From Microthyrium microscopicum (lineage: Eukaryota): a stretch of DNA of 64,000 nt. The position numbers and the translations under genes are program-made. How positions within the stretch are numbered: position 1 is the stretch's first letter; each line of letters starts with the position of its first letter. The notes under the pieces were generated by a model. That model was not told where the DNA came from and did not search any database. It saw only the letters and a list, made by a program, of their open reading frames with translations. Positions 33,300-45,777 of this stretch are shown piece after piece. The stretch lies in the NCBI GenBank assembly GCA_010405405.1, contig MU004246.1, positions 62,001 to 126,000 on the forward strand. The letters are read 5' to 3'.

Positions 33300-34406
33300 A
33301 TGGCTCAATCCGATAACGCTCCAGAGCTTTCCAGCGCACAATTGTCCTCGCCTATCATGAACCTACCTACGGAGATCATGCTCGAACTCGCCGCTCAGCT
33401 ACATAATTTGGAAGACCTTCACTATCTTTCCAGCACTAACAAGCACATTCGGGATCAGCTTTCGCTGGTGACGCCAAATACAATCCTTGGGCTTACTCTC
33501 CGAAGTAACAGCCAATGCTTTAAGCTGGGACAGAACCACCAGAAATTTGCGTACGAGCCTTTGCCTGTCATCGCTTTGGTGGTGGATCAGCTGATAGGTT
33601 GGGCCGCTCGAAGCAATAAACATATGGAGACTCTTTCGTCTGCTTTGGCCACAGGCTTTGGCTCGGTTGCATTATCTACGACTGGCACCATTTATCAAGA
33701 CTTCACTCAAAACCTCAAATCCAGCGGCACCGTGCTCGACTTGTGCTTAAAGCACTGCGGTCTCACAATGTCTACCATTCGCAACTTGATTCCACATCAT
33801 GCTACCGCGGGTGTCTTCTTCCACGAATTAGAACTCATGGGTGAGCTACAAGATGGATTGACAAGCAACCGACCTACGCAAAACCACGCTGCTGCTCTCA
33901 TCTACTACCAGGTGATTTACGGAGCGCTATTTTTGCCTAATCTGACAGCCGTCTTGGATCCGCATGCACCAGAGTCTCCAGGACTGGGACTAGAGTCACG
34001 ATTAAAATTCATGACTATCTGCGTTAATTCGGACGCCGATATACAAACATTACAAGCTACTATCCTGTGGCATCGCGTGATGCAAGGTCGGGGCTCACTA
34101 CAAAGCCGCAACAACTGGCGAGAAGTCATGTTTGACAATCTACACATATTCCGGGGACTAGAGACATTCGGGATCATGTCCAACAATAGTCCAGAGCAAA
34201 CAGAAGACCGTATGGCAGAGTATCGAACTCAAATAGATGTACTGGCGGAGCCTGCTCATATCAGTTATGAAGTCTCAGAATCGATTGTTCTTTCTCTTCC
34301 GATGTGGCCAGAAATCGAAATGGATGCGCATGCTGCGAAGCATATTCGTATCGAAGCTGAGTTGCACATGACACGCCAGGCTAGCCGCTCACTGGACCAA
34401 CAGTGA
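33300..34406 (+). CDS. F-box-like family protein, copy 1 (intact, 368 aa)
   Basis: N-terminal SPIMNLPTEIMLELAAQL..LEDLHYLSSTNKHIR resembles the F-box consensus; family motif LDLCLKHCGL. Confidence 0.8.
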   Translation: MAQSDNAPELSSAQLSSPIMNLPTEIMLELAAQLHNLEDLHYLSSTNKHIRDQLSLVTPNTILGLTLRSNSQCFKLGQNHQKFAYEPLPVIALVVDQLIGWAARSNKHMETLSSALATGFGSVALSTTGTIYQDFTQNLKSSGTVLDLCLKHCGLTMSTIRNLIPHHATAGVFFHELELMGELQDGLTSNRPTQNHAAALIYYQVIYGALFLPNLTAVLDPHAPESPGLGLESRLKFMTICVNSDADIQTLQATILWHRVMQGRGSLQSRNNWREVMFDNLHIFRGLETFGIMSNNSPEQTEDRMAEYRTQIDVLAEPAHISYEVSESIVLSLPMWPEIEMDAHAAKHIRIEAELHMTRQASRSLDQQ

Positions 34407-35085
34407 AGCACTGCTGGGAAGTGGGAAAGTACAGCGACATGAAGAAGAGAGGGGCGAGAAAGATGCCATAGAGAATAGAGAGGGAGGGAGCAGACAGGGC
34501 GATAGCGTGGAGTTGGGTCCAGAATCTAGCCTACAAACCAAATTTCGAACCAGTCACTGCAGTCTTCCTGAACGAATCACGGATTTTCTAAAAAGAAGAT
34601 GACGGTAAAGGATTTTTATAAGTCTTCAGAAGCTGAGAACCGAGAGAATCAACTTGTAGACCTATTATTCGCTCTTTACGCCTATTTCTACTCCGTGCTC
34701 CCCTTGCTATCATACTATCCGACTTCAATTTATACTACACTATTGCCGCTTTCCTACTTACTAAAGCGTAAAAAGCTTTATCTTGTTAACTTTTCTTGGT
34801 CTACTTCGTCTACTTAGGGGGTGGGTTTCAGGTGGTTCGTTTGAGGTAGTCCAACTAATCTGCCAGGCTTCCACCTCCAGACATCAACGGTCAGTGCGTC
34901 CTCCAGAACCTGTAGTTGAAATGCTTGTGGAAGGTGGCTAGATCACCGATCAGTGAAAGCAGCCAGTCTGGCAGAACGACTTAGCATCCGATTCGCTGTT
35001 CGTTCGACTTATTGACAACTTGCTCTTGCCTCGACCTGGCATGTCTCAATCCAGAATATCTGAATCCACAACGTCTCAAACCGAC

Positions 35086-36558
35086 ATGCCTGAATCGAGC
35101 AACCTCCCAGTGGCTCATATCGCCCCAATTTCCTCCTCCATCCTGGTCTTGCCCAACTGAGCTGATGCTGGAAATTGCCTGTCAGCTCTATAACCTGGAA
35201 GATCTATATCATTTTTCACGTATAAATAAACGTATCCATGATTAGCTCTCACAAGTACTGCCCAACACGATTCTCGATCTTACTATTAGAAGCACTAGCA
35301 AGTGCTTTACCTTAGGACGTTTCTATCGCGACTTAGACCGCGTCAACAAAGAAAATGCTAAGAGATACGAGGATCCGATGTATCAAACCATAATCTACGA
35401 ACCTTTATTCGTCATCGCTCTAGTAGCGGATCAATTGACGAACTAGGCCACTCGCAGCGCTGAGAACATGAATGTTCTTGCATCTGCACCAGCAACTGGT
35501 TCGGCGCTGTTGCATTGGGTATTGATTTGACGGTATTCACTGCTAAAGGCCACCGTTATGATTATGAACTCCCAGGCAGCGTTCTTGATCTATGCTTAAA
35601 GCATTGCGGCCTCACAATGGCTGATATACGCAACCGTTTTGCTCACAATGCCAGTAAGGGAACCTTCTTCGAGGGTATAGAAGCGATGGGTCAGACATTG
35701 TGCCAGCTGGCGTAACCAAACAAAGCCGCCACTATCTATTATATTCACGCCATCTGGGGTTCTTTCTTTGCGCCTAGTCTACAGGCGGTCTTAGATCCAC
35801 AAACAGCAGCAAAGCCAGTCCTCGGACTAGCCTCACGGCTCGCTTTCATAGAACACTGCGTCCACACAGAAGACACCATTCAGTGACTAAGAAATCCCTT
35901 CAAATGGCTCCAGGATTGAGATGGGCAACATCCGCAAGTCGCTATTGAAATCGTCATGCAAAGCCCGCTGACAAAGTCCGACATGTTGGCAATGATGTTT
36001 CCATTCCAAGGCCTAGAGGGACTACACCCAACTACGAAATGTGATTGCCAGCGACCCTCTCCCCCTCATAGTCTTTTCTGGATTTATCCAACGGTGTTAG
36101 CCAATCATGTAGATAGGACGTTCGTGAATGTTGGGACAAATAGTGCTAGCCTCTTTCTGGTCCCAGAATTACTTTGAAGCACGCTTTATTACGCTATTGA
36201 TTGGTTAATATCTGTAGAAAACATGTGTAAAGGGGGGAGGGTAGCTGGCAATCACATTTCGTAGTTCAGTGTAGGCAGAGTACCCGCTGGCTGCTCCAAG
36301 CAAACAACAGTTGACATGGCGAAGATACGACATTAAATCGACGCCTTAACTAAGCTGCCGCGGAACATATCTGTGAGAATCTCGGAGCATCTGAATAACT
36401 ATCTTTTTCCAGGATTCCCTGCAATTATACAGGACGCCCGGGCTGTTCAGTTAATGCGCTCGGAAGCGGGTGGAGTGAAGATGGAAGCAGCACGCGCGGA
36501 AGCAATACGTCTAGACATTCTTCGGGGACACAAGGAGTGGAGACTAGGAGAGCAATGA
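35086..36558 (+). pseudogene. F-box-like family copy 2, pseudogene with MITE insertion
   Basis: Frameshift in LP(T)E; stops at 35243 (TAG where paralogs have CAG) and 35444 (TAG for TGG); retains LDLCLKHCGL; interrupted at 36025-36271. Confidence 0.85.
36025..36271. mobile_element. 247-bp MITE with ~40-bp TIRs and TA target-site duplication (Tc1/mariner-type)
   Basis: Left end TA|CACCCAACTACGAAATGTGATTGCCAGCGACCCTC; right end (reverse complement) TA|CACTGAACTACGAAATGTGATTGCCAGCTACCCTC. Confidence 0.88.
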
Positions 36559-37561
36559 ATTGACTGGTTTGTATTACGCAAACATGAGAATTGGATATGA
36601 TACAAAAGCAAAAGCTTCTGCTAGAATACCATGCACTTCGATCTTCCTGAGCCAAAATTCAAATCAATGGGCAATTCGACCCGTAATGTAGCACTCAAAA
36701 CACACATTTGTAGCCCGTCACTGCGCTTTTCTTCCACAAACACGAAAGTAAATGAAAAGAAGACGATGCTAAGGATTCTTGGAAAGCCTTCGGAAGCTGA
36801 GATTCGAGAGAAATGACCTCCGGTCCTGTTGTTGGCTCTCTGTACCTACCTACCTATCCATACTACTTCAGACTCCTATCATTGATCGGCCATTGAAAGT
36901 CCGCCTATGCTTCGCTGTTACCGTCATTCTACTTCTATGAAAGGTTCAAATAGCCTCAACGAATTCCTCCTACGCCTCAGTGTTAATGACTATATATTTT
37001 TCTATTCACATTTCCTAATTGAGGCCAAACGATACAAATTGGGGCAATATATTACTGTTCTTCCGTAGCCGAACAACAGAGCGATCGTTCTATCTGACCC
37101 GTATATCGCTTTTGGCACTACGGTCAGTTCGGGTAAGCCGCATCTGTCCCTTCCGCCCGGTATTGGATTTGAGGCGGTTCATTCGAGGTGGTCGAGCTCA
37201 TCTGCCACCTCTACATAAGGCCGGGCATCGCACCCTCCATAACAGGCAGTTGAACGCCTTGCGGAAGGTAGCTAGATTGCCTAGACTTGCAATAGTGAAA
37301 CTGGCAAGTCTAGTAGAACACGTGAGCGCTCCAACTCGTTTTCTATAAAATCTTGAGAGACCTCGACTTGTTCTCCTGCTTTTTTTCCTCGCTTCACCAC
37401 CAACCCGCACCACCACTCTGGATTGCTCACAGCCATAATCGTTGTTCCGCAGTTTACCGCTTTCAGCCATACTCTATATTCCAGCCCGTGCAAACCAAAC
37501 CGCTTTCTTCTTCCCCCCTCGCATTCCGTGCACCAACTTCACCTCTTCAACGCTATACAGC

Positions 37562-38749
37562 ATGGCCGAGTCGATCGACCTTCCTGCGCCTCCCACGACG
37601 CTGCCTCATACCAAAACACCAGCATCCATAACCGGTTTGCCAACAGAGCTTTTGCTCATTATTGCGAGCCAGCTTTACAACATCGAGGATCTTCACTATT
37701 TGTCGTCTACCTGCAAGCGTCTCCAGGCGCAGCTGTCTCATGTATTACCAAACACTATCCTTGGTCTTACACTTCGAAGCAATAGCCAATGCTTCAGAAT
37801 CGGCGAATTACGAAATGGCCATACTCACTTTTGCAAGCCATTGCCAATAATCGCCCTCGTCGTAGATCAACTAGTTACCTGGGCCAGCCAGAATACTGCC
37901 AACATGCAAGCTCTTGCATCTGCTCTTGCTACAGGGCTTGAATACTCTACCATCTCCTCAACCGAGCAGCTTCGGAAAGAAGGTGGTGAAAATTTGCTCG
38001 ATTTATGCCTAAAGCATTGCGGTCTCAAGATGTCTGATGTTCGCCAGCTTATTCCTCATAATGCCCCCTACGATGGCCCTTTCTTCGAGTGCATTGACAT
38101 TGAGGACTGGGAAGAAGAGAAGCACTTCGATTTCAATTGGAGGGCAATGTCACGAGCCGCGAGCGTCTACTACAACATCATCTACACGAAACTGTTCACG
38201 CGGAACCTGGAGGCCATCCTGGATCCAGATGCACCAGCCCGTCCAATGCTTGGCCCTGATTCACGACTGAACTTCATGCAATACTGCTTCGAGAATGAAG
38301 TGCGAGAACTCGACTTCAGGAACGCCATACGTAAGATTCGGAAGCAGCTACCAACGGATTTCAAATATGCGACTTTTTCGCTTTTTCCTGATGGAGATTG
38401 GAAGCGAAACATCATGTGGTCTGTGACTTCAGTCGTGGGACTAGAGAAACTGAGGTTACCGTCTATCGCTGGCCTTGACTCGACAGAAAATCGATTGATG
38501 CGCTATCAAGAACAACTGTGCGCCTTAACCGACGAACCACGTCAGCTTCTCTGTCCCACCCCTGTGTGGTCCGGGGCTGTTCTAGTTACAGCTTGGCCGT
38601 CTATTGAGGACGATCGGTGGGTTGTTGACAGAGTCCAATGGGCGCTACACGAACCACCCTACCCAGGGATGTATTCCACAGTTCACTACACCTGTCGGGG
38701 CAGCATCATAGAGGCCTCTGTCAAGTCGCGGAAAACAAACTTCGATTAA
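37562..38749 (+). CDS. F-box-like family protein, copy 3 (intact, 395 aa)
   Basis: ITGLPTELLLIIASQL.NIEDLHYLSSTCKRL; PNTILGLTLRS; LDLCLKHCGL. Confidence 0.82.
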   Translation: MAESIDLPAPPTTLPHTKTPASITGLPTELLLIIASQLYNIEDLHYLSSTCKRLQAQLSHVLPNTILGLTLRSNSQCFRIGELRNGHTHFCKPLPIIALVVDQLVTWASQNTANMQALASALATGLEYSTISSTEQLRKEGGENLLDLCLKHCGLKMSDVRQLIPHNAPYDGPFFECIDIEDWEEEKHFDFNWRAMSRAASVYYNIIYTKLFTRNLEAILDPDAPARPMLGPDSRLNFMQYCFENEVRELDFRNAIRKIRKQLPTDFKYATFSLFPDGDWKRNIMWSVTSVVGLEKLRLPSIAGLDSTENRLMRYQEQLCALTDEPRQLLCPTPVWSGAVLVTAWPSIEDDRWVVDRVQWALHEPPYPGMYSTVHYTCRGSIIEASVKSRKTNFD

Positions 38750-40053
38750 TAAAAGACAAGGAGGAAAGCTAAATCGGCGAAGCTGAGAAGAATAAGGCCA
38801 GGGACAGAGGGAACGGTTTGGATGATGAAATTGAAAATGAGCGGACTGCCGAGAGGAATGGATTCAGGGACGGCAAAAGATTAGCACGCGAAGCAAAGCG
38901 CAGTCCTTAGTCTAAGTAAAGCTCGATGGTGTGCTAGAGAGGATGATCGTCTCACACTGCAAATGTAATGTACAGAAGCAGCGGTTATTGACAGGACTCT
39001 GAGCAACAGAGTGGCCGAGGACTGTTGTGGGTTATTCAAAAAGTCGGTTATTTTTCCGTTGTGTACTTAGGTAGGTAGATTTGAATCATAGCATTGTCTA
39101 TATGAACGATACGCCATCATTTAGCTTGTATCTTTGCATAGCGTTAACTTCTTGAGTTGTGAACGAGTATTTAATCACTTGCTTCCTCCCCGTTGTTAGT
39201 CATAGAGTAACATGTGTTAGCCATTCAGGTGAATATTTCATGTGTTTTTTAATCACAGAGTTCAGCTTATAAGAAGACGTAAACTTTAGTCCATGTTTAT
39301 GACAATTTACATTGGCATTGGTATATCAACTCAAAGATACCAATCTGAAGTTATTATCTGCAGCTCCCGTTCTCGTCCAAGAGACCGCCCGAAATTGTAG
39401 CCTGATGATCGCAATCCTTTGTCCATTTGGCTCGCGAGATGGCTACTGGTCAATCGTTCTTGTTCTATAAATCAAGTGAAAAACACCACAGCTCTCTTGG
39501 GCAGTAAAATTTGAGATTCAAATCCATCAAGATTGGCATCTTTGATATTCCTTGATGTTCTTTCTATCGAACGTCCAATACAAGAACCTTCATACTATGA
39601 CTAGAATCGAACATTTGCATCCTTCATATTTGCTCTTTCCATCGGATGGAAGTTTTCAGGTGGTGTATTTTAGGCGATTAAGCTCATTTGCTGGTTTCTA
39701 CCTCCAGACAAACAACAGTTATCGCTCTCTCTATAACAGGAATTCGAAGGCCTTGCAGAAGGTGACAGGTACCTAGTTCACCTGCTTTTCAGAACAGCGA
39801 TAGCAGCAAGTCTAGCAGAAGGCATAAGACCCGTTGTTCTCAAAGTCTTGAGGATCTTCGACTAGTTCTATATTTCCTCGCTTCACCGCCAATCTCCACA
39901 ATTAAGCATCAATCTTGCCGCTTTATATCCTCCCTCTTCAATTCTGCTTCGAGAGCCACATACCCGCGCTCTAGGAAAGCAGTTATTGTTACTCCGACTG
40001 TTCGTTCCCTACGCCATGTTCGACCGAAGTCATCTTTGAAGTTTCGACGCAGA

Positions 40054-41300
40054 ATGGCTCAGCTTGCATCTCCTTGGCCTCTATCTCCCATGATGAAGCT
40101 GCCGCTAGAGATCATGCTCTACATCGCGAGCCAGCTTCACAACATCAAAGGCCTCCACTAACTGTCGCTCACCAATAAACACATCCGTGACCAATAACGT
40201 CATGTGTTGCCAAACACAATTCTAGGACTCACGCTTCGAGCCTCAAGTCATTGTTTCACAATAGGAGAAGCATGGCCTTATGAGCTCCCCTTTTCTCAGC
40301 CAATTCCCGTCATTGCCTTGGTTGCAAAGCACTTGATGCACTGGGCCACTCAGAACTCCAAAAACATGGTAGCTCTTGCGTCCGCCTTAAGCAAAGGCTT
40401 TGGTACCGTTGAACGGAGTCTCAATACAAGAAAAGGCATATCCACTAGTCGCCCCTATATCCTCGAAGGCGGTGGAACTACCCTCGATCTATCTCTAAAG
40501 CATTGCGGACTGAAGATGTCTGGCATCCGTCGCCTCATTCCACACAATTTCAATACAGGAGTTTTCTTCGACCTTATGTCACGGATGCGCAACATCAAAG
40601 ACTGTCCCCGGCTAGAAGAGGCAGAAACAATTCGTCGAATCTATTACATTGCCATCTACGGCTCACTCTTCGAGCCAAGCTGGCACGCCATCTTAAAACC
40701 AAAAGCGCCAGCACAATTGGCACTTGGAATAGATTCGCGACTGAGCTTCATGATGCACTGCTTCCACGACGGCTTCGATCTTTCCTTTCCGTGGTGGCAA
40801 TTCCCTCAACTTGCAGAGCGCGTAAAAGCAATGACCGGCTTGAATGGATAGTTCGACAAGGACTGGAAGGACTGCATGTGGGTCTCTTTGATGGCAGCCC
40901 GGGGCTTGGAGGCACTGGGAATTATGTCGTCCGATAGTCTTGAGCCGATCAAGGATCGTCTGATGGAGAATATTGTGTCGCACAATAATACTGAGCTGAT
41001 AAAAGATCGCCTAATGAAGTATCGAACACAGATTGCTGCTCTAGCACAGGAACCGGCTGATATCTTCTGCGGAACGGCGCAGTGTCAGTGTGAATCATAC
41101 ATGCCCCAGCTTGGCCGTCTATGATGTATGACTGGAGTGTTATCAACTGTATCCAGGGGCATATGCACACGTAGATTCTTCTCGGGCTGGCGTAAGCAAT
41201 CGGACTGAAAGCTGTACCAGGCACCGAAATGAAAACAGTCACAAGAAGCGAGGGAAGGCCAATTATACATAATCAAGGGATGATGATGATAAAAAGGTCA
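40054..41300 (+). pseudogene. F-box-like family copy 4, pseudogene (3' end approximate)
   Basis: MMKLPLEIMLYIASQL followed by in-frame stops at 40159, 40195 and 40849; LDLSLKHCGL; apparent frameshift near 41090. Confidence 0.82.
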
Positions 41301-41716
41301 ATGGAGGCATCACGGAAGAGAAGAGTGCAAACTGATACAAGTGTTCCGAGCCAGAACCCACTGGAGACTGTGATGAACAGTAGAGTACATTCCAATTGAT
41401 AGGTAGCAAAGGTATGCCCGTTATTCCGTCAAACGTCTCATGCAAGAACCCGGATACTATGACCAGAATGGCAGTAACAGACGACTTAATCGCACCTTCC
41501 TGACCAGCACGAGTATATCGTGCTTTCCCAAAAAGTACTGATGTTGGCAAGAACGCTCTTACCTTCCGTGAGATTCTCAGCGTAGCAACAGGTCGTACAC
41601 CTGCTAAGACTGCTGCCTGGATCTCCAACTTCAACACTTTACCTTCAGTACTCACTTTCGCTTCATCCTACTCGTTTCAAATCACCGTCCCCAAATAATC
41701 TCCGTTTACCCCAAAG

Positions 41717-42937
41717 ATGGCTGAATCTACACCTCCTCCAGCGGACACTTGGACCTACGATCCTGAAACTCCATCACCAATCATGCGTTTGCCTACGGAA
41801 GTCGTGCTAGCCATGGGCGAAAATCTCCACGCTATCGAAGACCTACATTACCTCTCCTGTACTTGCAAGCATATCCAAACTCAGCTCGTCAAAGTTTCGC
41901 CCAAAAGCATCTTGCGTCTCACCATGAGAAGTAGCTGCAAGCTGTTCTATGAGGGGTCACAGCCGTGGAATTCGGGTCGACAGATACCTTTGCCCTCTAT
42001 CGCGCTGGTAGCTAATCAACTAAGCATGTGGTCTATCAGCAAATCAGGGAACTGGGGAATCCTTTGTTCAGCAATTGCCCGCGGATTCGGTTCCATCGAC
42101 TACTTGGGGCTAGGAAAATGCTCGAAGGCAAGTGGTAGGGATTCTGGCACTACTATTCTGGACCTATGTCTGAAGCATTGCGGCTTGACCATGGATGATA
42201 TTCGTCGCCTACGTCCGCGCAAATCCACGGGTTCTATCTGGCAAGGCATCGAGATGGCCCGAGTATATTTCGAAGAGTTCGAGTATCACCACAATATAAG
42301 TTCAGACCCGGAGATCGATGAGTATCATAATCACCATGACCGGAATGATGCTGCTTTTACATTCTACCACGTTGCTATATATGGCTCATTGTTCAAGCCC
42401 ATCCTCGGCAAAAGCTTGAACTCCAAAACCTTCAATGCACTTCACCCACGACGGAATTACATGGACTACTGTGTCAAAGACAAATACATGCTCGAACGGT
42501 TGGAACGATTCGAATCTGTTGTCAGTCTTGAATGGAACGCGGACATGGATGAGGAAGAGGACTTCGAGGACGATGATGGAGACCTCCCATGGATATTCAA
42601 GGAGCAATGGAAGAACTCGCTTTGGGAATGCGTCTTCTTATTCCAAGGTGCAGAGCGCATGGGAGAAGTATCAGAGGAAGTTATCAACAAGAAGGCACAA
42701 ATCTACGCAATGATCGAGGAACCTCAGTATCATAGGTTGAAAATCCCCGAGCACATTCTCCGTATACCCACCTGGCCATCCTTTCGACATGATGCTCAGT
42801 TCTCCCGCATCAGACGTCAGGCCATCGATGCACGTAAGCTGAATTCGGAAAAAGAGTTCTGGCAAGATGTAGAAGCGACAAAGGATCAACACCACTCAGA
42901 GTTACGCCGACTTTGGCTAATGACACGAGATGAGTGA
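41717..42937 (+). CDS. F-box-like family protein, copy 5 (intact, 406 aa, most divergent)
   Basis: SPIMRLPTEVVLAMGENL..IEDLHYLSCTCKHI; LDLCLKHCGL. Confidence 0.82.
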   Translation: MAESTPPPADTWTYDPETPSPIMRLPTEVVLAMGENLHAIEDLHYLSCTCKHIQTQLVKVSPKSILRLTMRSSCKLFYEGSQPWNSGRQIPLPSIALVANQLSMWSISKSGNWGILCSAIARGFGSIDYLGLGKCSKASGRDSGTTILDLCLKHCGLTMDDIRRLRPRKSTGSIWQGIEMARVYFEEFEYHHNISSDPEIDEYHNHHDRNDAAFTFYHVAIYGSLFKPILGKSLNSKTFNALHPRRNYMDYCVKDKYMLERLERFESVVSLEWNADMDEEEDFEDDDGDLPWIFKEQWKNSLWECVFLFQGAERMGEVSEEVINKKAQIYAMIEEPQYHRLKIPEHILRIPTWPSFRHDAQFSRIRRQAIDARKLNSEKEFWQDVEATKDQHHSELRRLWLMTRDE

Positions 42938-43507
42938 CTATTCGAAGAACAGAAATTTCAAGAGGCGCGAGAAGAGATGCAAGCAATGGGACATGTCTGA
43001 TGCGTTCTTCATTACTCAGGCGCACATGAGGTCACATGTATCAGTATTCAGTACCAGCGCGAATGAAGCAACATAGGTCTCTAAGCCAGAAATCAATCTT
43101 CTAGCAAAAGTTGTGGAAGTGCTTCTTTTGATTTGTGATTCTCCTCTCTTCTATATGTTCCGAGCTTATACACGGCTGCTGTATTCCATGATCGTGAATC
43201 TAAGGTAAAGGTGACATCGATCCAACTTTTCTACTAGAAAAACCTTCATTTTCAATGTAGTTCATAAGTATGATCGATCTATATCTGATGTTATACCCCA
43301 CAAAAAGTCATAAGAGTTTCCTAAGTAGGCGATCTGCATTAATATACAACCATGACAAGCAATCTATTCCAATGCAAAATTTCCGGGTCGCCAACAACAG
43401 GAACCTTGATTGACCGTAGATTTAGTCTATATCTAAGCTATGACTTCCGTCATGCCAAACAAACTTTTGTACTATCGCAAAGAAGCTTCAGTGACGAAGT
43501 CCACAAT

Positions 43508-44369
43508 ATGTATTTAACACTCATTTCTAGTGTCGCCCTTCTGGCAGCGAATGTACGAGCACATGGATCAGTGACTGCTTATACTATCGCTGGAAAAGAC
43601 TACCCAGGGTAAATTCCTCAAAGCATTACTAATATAGACTTTCCTAACGAAACCCCAGATATGAAGGCTTCTCGCCAAGCTCTGGCCCCCCGACAATCCA
43701 ACGCCAGTGGAAAGACTACAATCCCGTTACAAGCGTCAGTGACCCCAAACTACGCTGCAACGGCGGCACATCCGCGCCCTTGAACGCCCAAGTCGCCGCC
43801 GGCAGCACCGTCACCGCGAAATGGAAGCAATGGACACACCAACAAGGTCCAGTCATGGTCTGGATGTACAAGTGCGCCGGCGCATTCACTTCCTGTGATG
43901 GCTCAGGAAAGAGCTGGTTCAAGATTGACCAGGAAGGACTTAATGCGCCACCGCTCTCGAGTAATAACTGGGCGACGGGCAAGATTTATAAGGATAAGAA
44001 GTGGACGAGCAAGATTCCGGCGACGTTGCCTGCGGGTAATTATTTGATTAGGCATGAGATTATTGCGCTGCATCAGGCGAATAGTCCGCAGGTACGTTTG
44101 ATTTGTGCGTTGAAGGAGGAATGATACTGACGGTGATAGTTTTATGCTGAATGCGCTCAATTGGCTGTTACTGGAGGAGGAAGCGCGATGCCGTCTGGTC
44201 AGTATATGGCCAGCATTCCTGGTTATGCTACCGCGAATGATCCAGGCATTAAAGTAAGTATTTTCGCGACATTGGTTATGATTCTTCTAACATCAGCGTG
44301 CAGGTCGATGTGTACTCGTCCAAGGCTACAACTTACCAGCTTCCCGGTCCGGCTGTATGGAAGGGTTAG
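43508..44369 (+). CDS. AA9 lytic polysaccharide monooxygenase (3 introns)
   Basis: Signal peptide ending NVRA then His1 (HG); WTHQQGP; WFKI; GNYLIRHEIIALH; PQ|FYAECAQ; PGPAVW. Confidence 0.95.
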
Positions 44370-44874
44370 ATGGAGTTGAAGACTGTAAAGGTATGACTAT
44401 TTGCTCGCAATGTCTTGTATTAGAGCTAGTATCGCAATGATGGATTACTATGTAAATCGTTAACGAAGAAATATCCATTCATTGACAAAATCTCGGGTTG
44501 TTGGCTACTTTATTGTGTTCAGATGATGTCTGCCTGAGATCCTGACTCCTGATTCTACTTGATCATATCTTATAGCAGATCCAAAGAGCTAGCCCAGAGG
44601 CATAAATATCTAAAGTCCATGCGCTACCTATATGATGGCCAAATAATTAATAGAGACAGATATTTGCCACATAAGCGGAAGACCTATTGGTCCTTATATC
44701 CAATATCGGAAATATAGGGTCCAAATAGGCACTATAGACGAAACTGTACATCTTCTAGTGTACATCTACAACGTTTCTCCGCCCGTGCTATTCTACACTA
44801 GACCGTTGTCAACAATGTCTTGGACCATTGCTCCATCTGGTGCTTCATTCGGTTCGCCAGCATCAACAGACGCC

Positions 44875-45777
44875 ATGATGAGGGCGACAATCGGATCCCT
44901 CCAGTCCTTTACACTATGCCTCTTAATTCTCATCCCCATGGTGCACGCCGGTGTTGTCATGCCCGGACTGAGGCGAGAATTCGCATTGCGACAGGAGAAG
45001 GCTCCAGAGTTTCTGCTTGCTGGTGACTCGACCACGGCTCCCACATCGGCTGGAGGAGGTGGATGGGGAGATGGATTTATTTCCATTTTAGCGAATGGTG
45101 CGAAGGGCGAGAACTTTGCGAGGAATGGACAGACGACTGTGAGCTTTCAGAAAGGTGGTCAATGGGGTAAACTCATGGATATGTTGAAGGGGACGGTTGG
45201 AAAGACCCGTGTTTATGTTACTATTCAGGTAAGAGCTCACTGACGATGGCATTTGCTGCGCTTGTTTACAAGAAATGTAGTTTGGGCATAACGACCAGAA
45301 AGAAAAGGCAGGGATCAGCGACACCGAGTTCAGTAATAACTTGAAGAAATTGGCTGGACAAGTCAAGTCAGCTGGCGGAGTGCCTGTGGGAAATTCGAAC
45401 TGAAGTAACCGATACACGCACTGACCGATTACTAGATACTTGTAACTCCTTTAACCCGACGAACATTCTCCGGCGGATCACCGACTGATAATCTGGCGAA
45501 GCAACGCGAACTTACACTATCTGCAGCCAAACAAGGTGGATATGATGTTATAGACTTGAATTCGGAGTCGAGAAGATATGTCAAAGCAATTGGGCAACAG
45601 GCGGCGAACAAGTACAACTTGAAAAGCGATGATTATACGCATCTGAATAAGCTTGGAAAGGATGTGTTTGGTCGCATGGTATCGGATCTCATCATCGAGC
45701 TCAAACCGGAGCTCAAGCAATACTTCAAGGCAGACCCAGCTATGAGTGCTGCTTTGAAGCAAGGCAAGCCAATTTAG
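44875..45777 (+). CDS. Secreted SGNH/GDSL esterase (rhamnogalacturonan acetylesterase-like, CE12), 2 introns
   Basis: LAGDSTTA, GGWG, Q|FGHND, VTPLTRR, DYTHLN. Confidence 0.9.
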
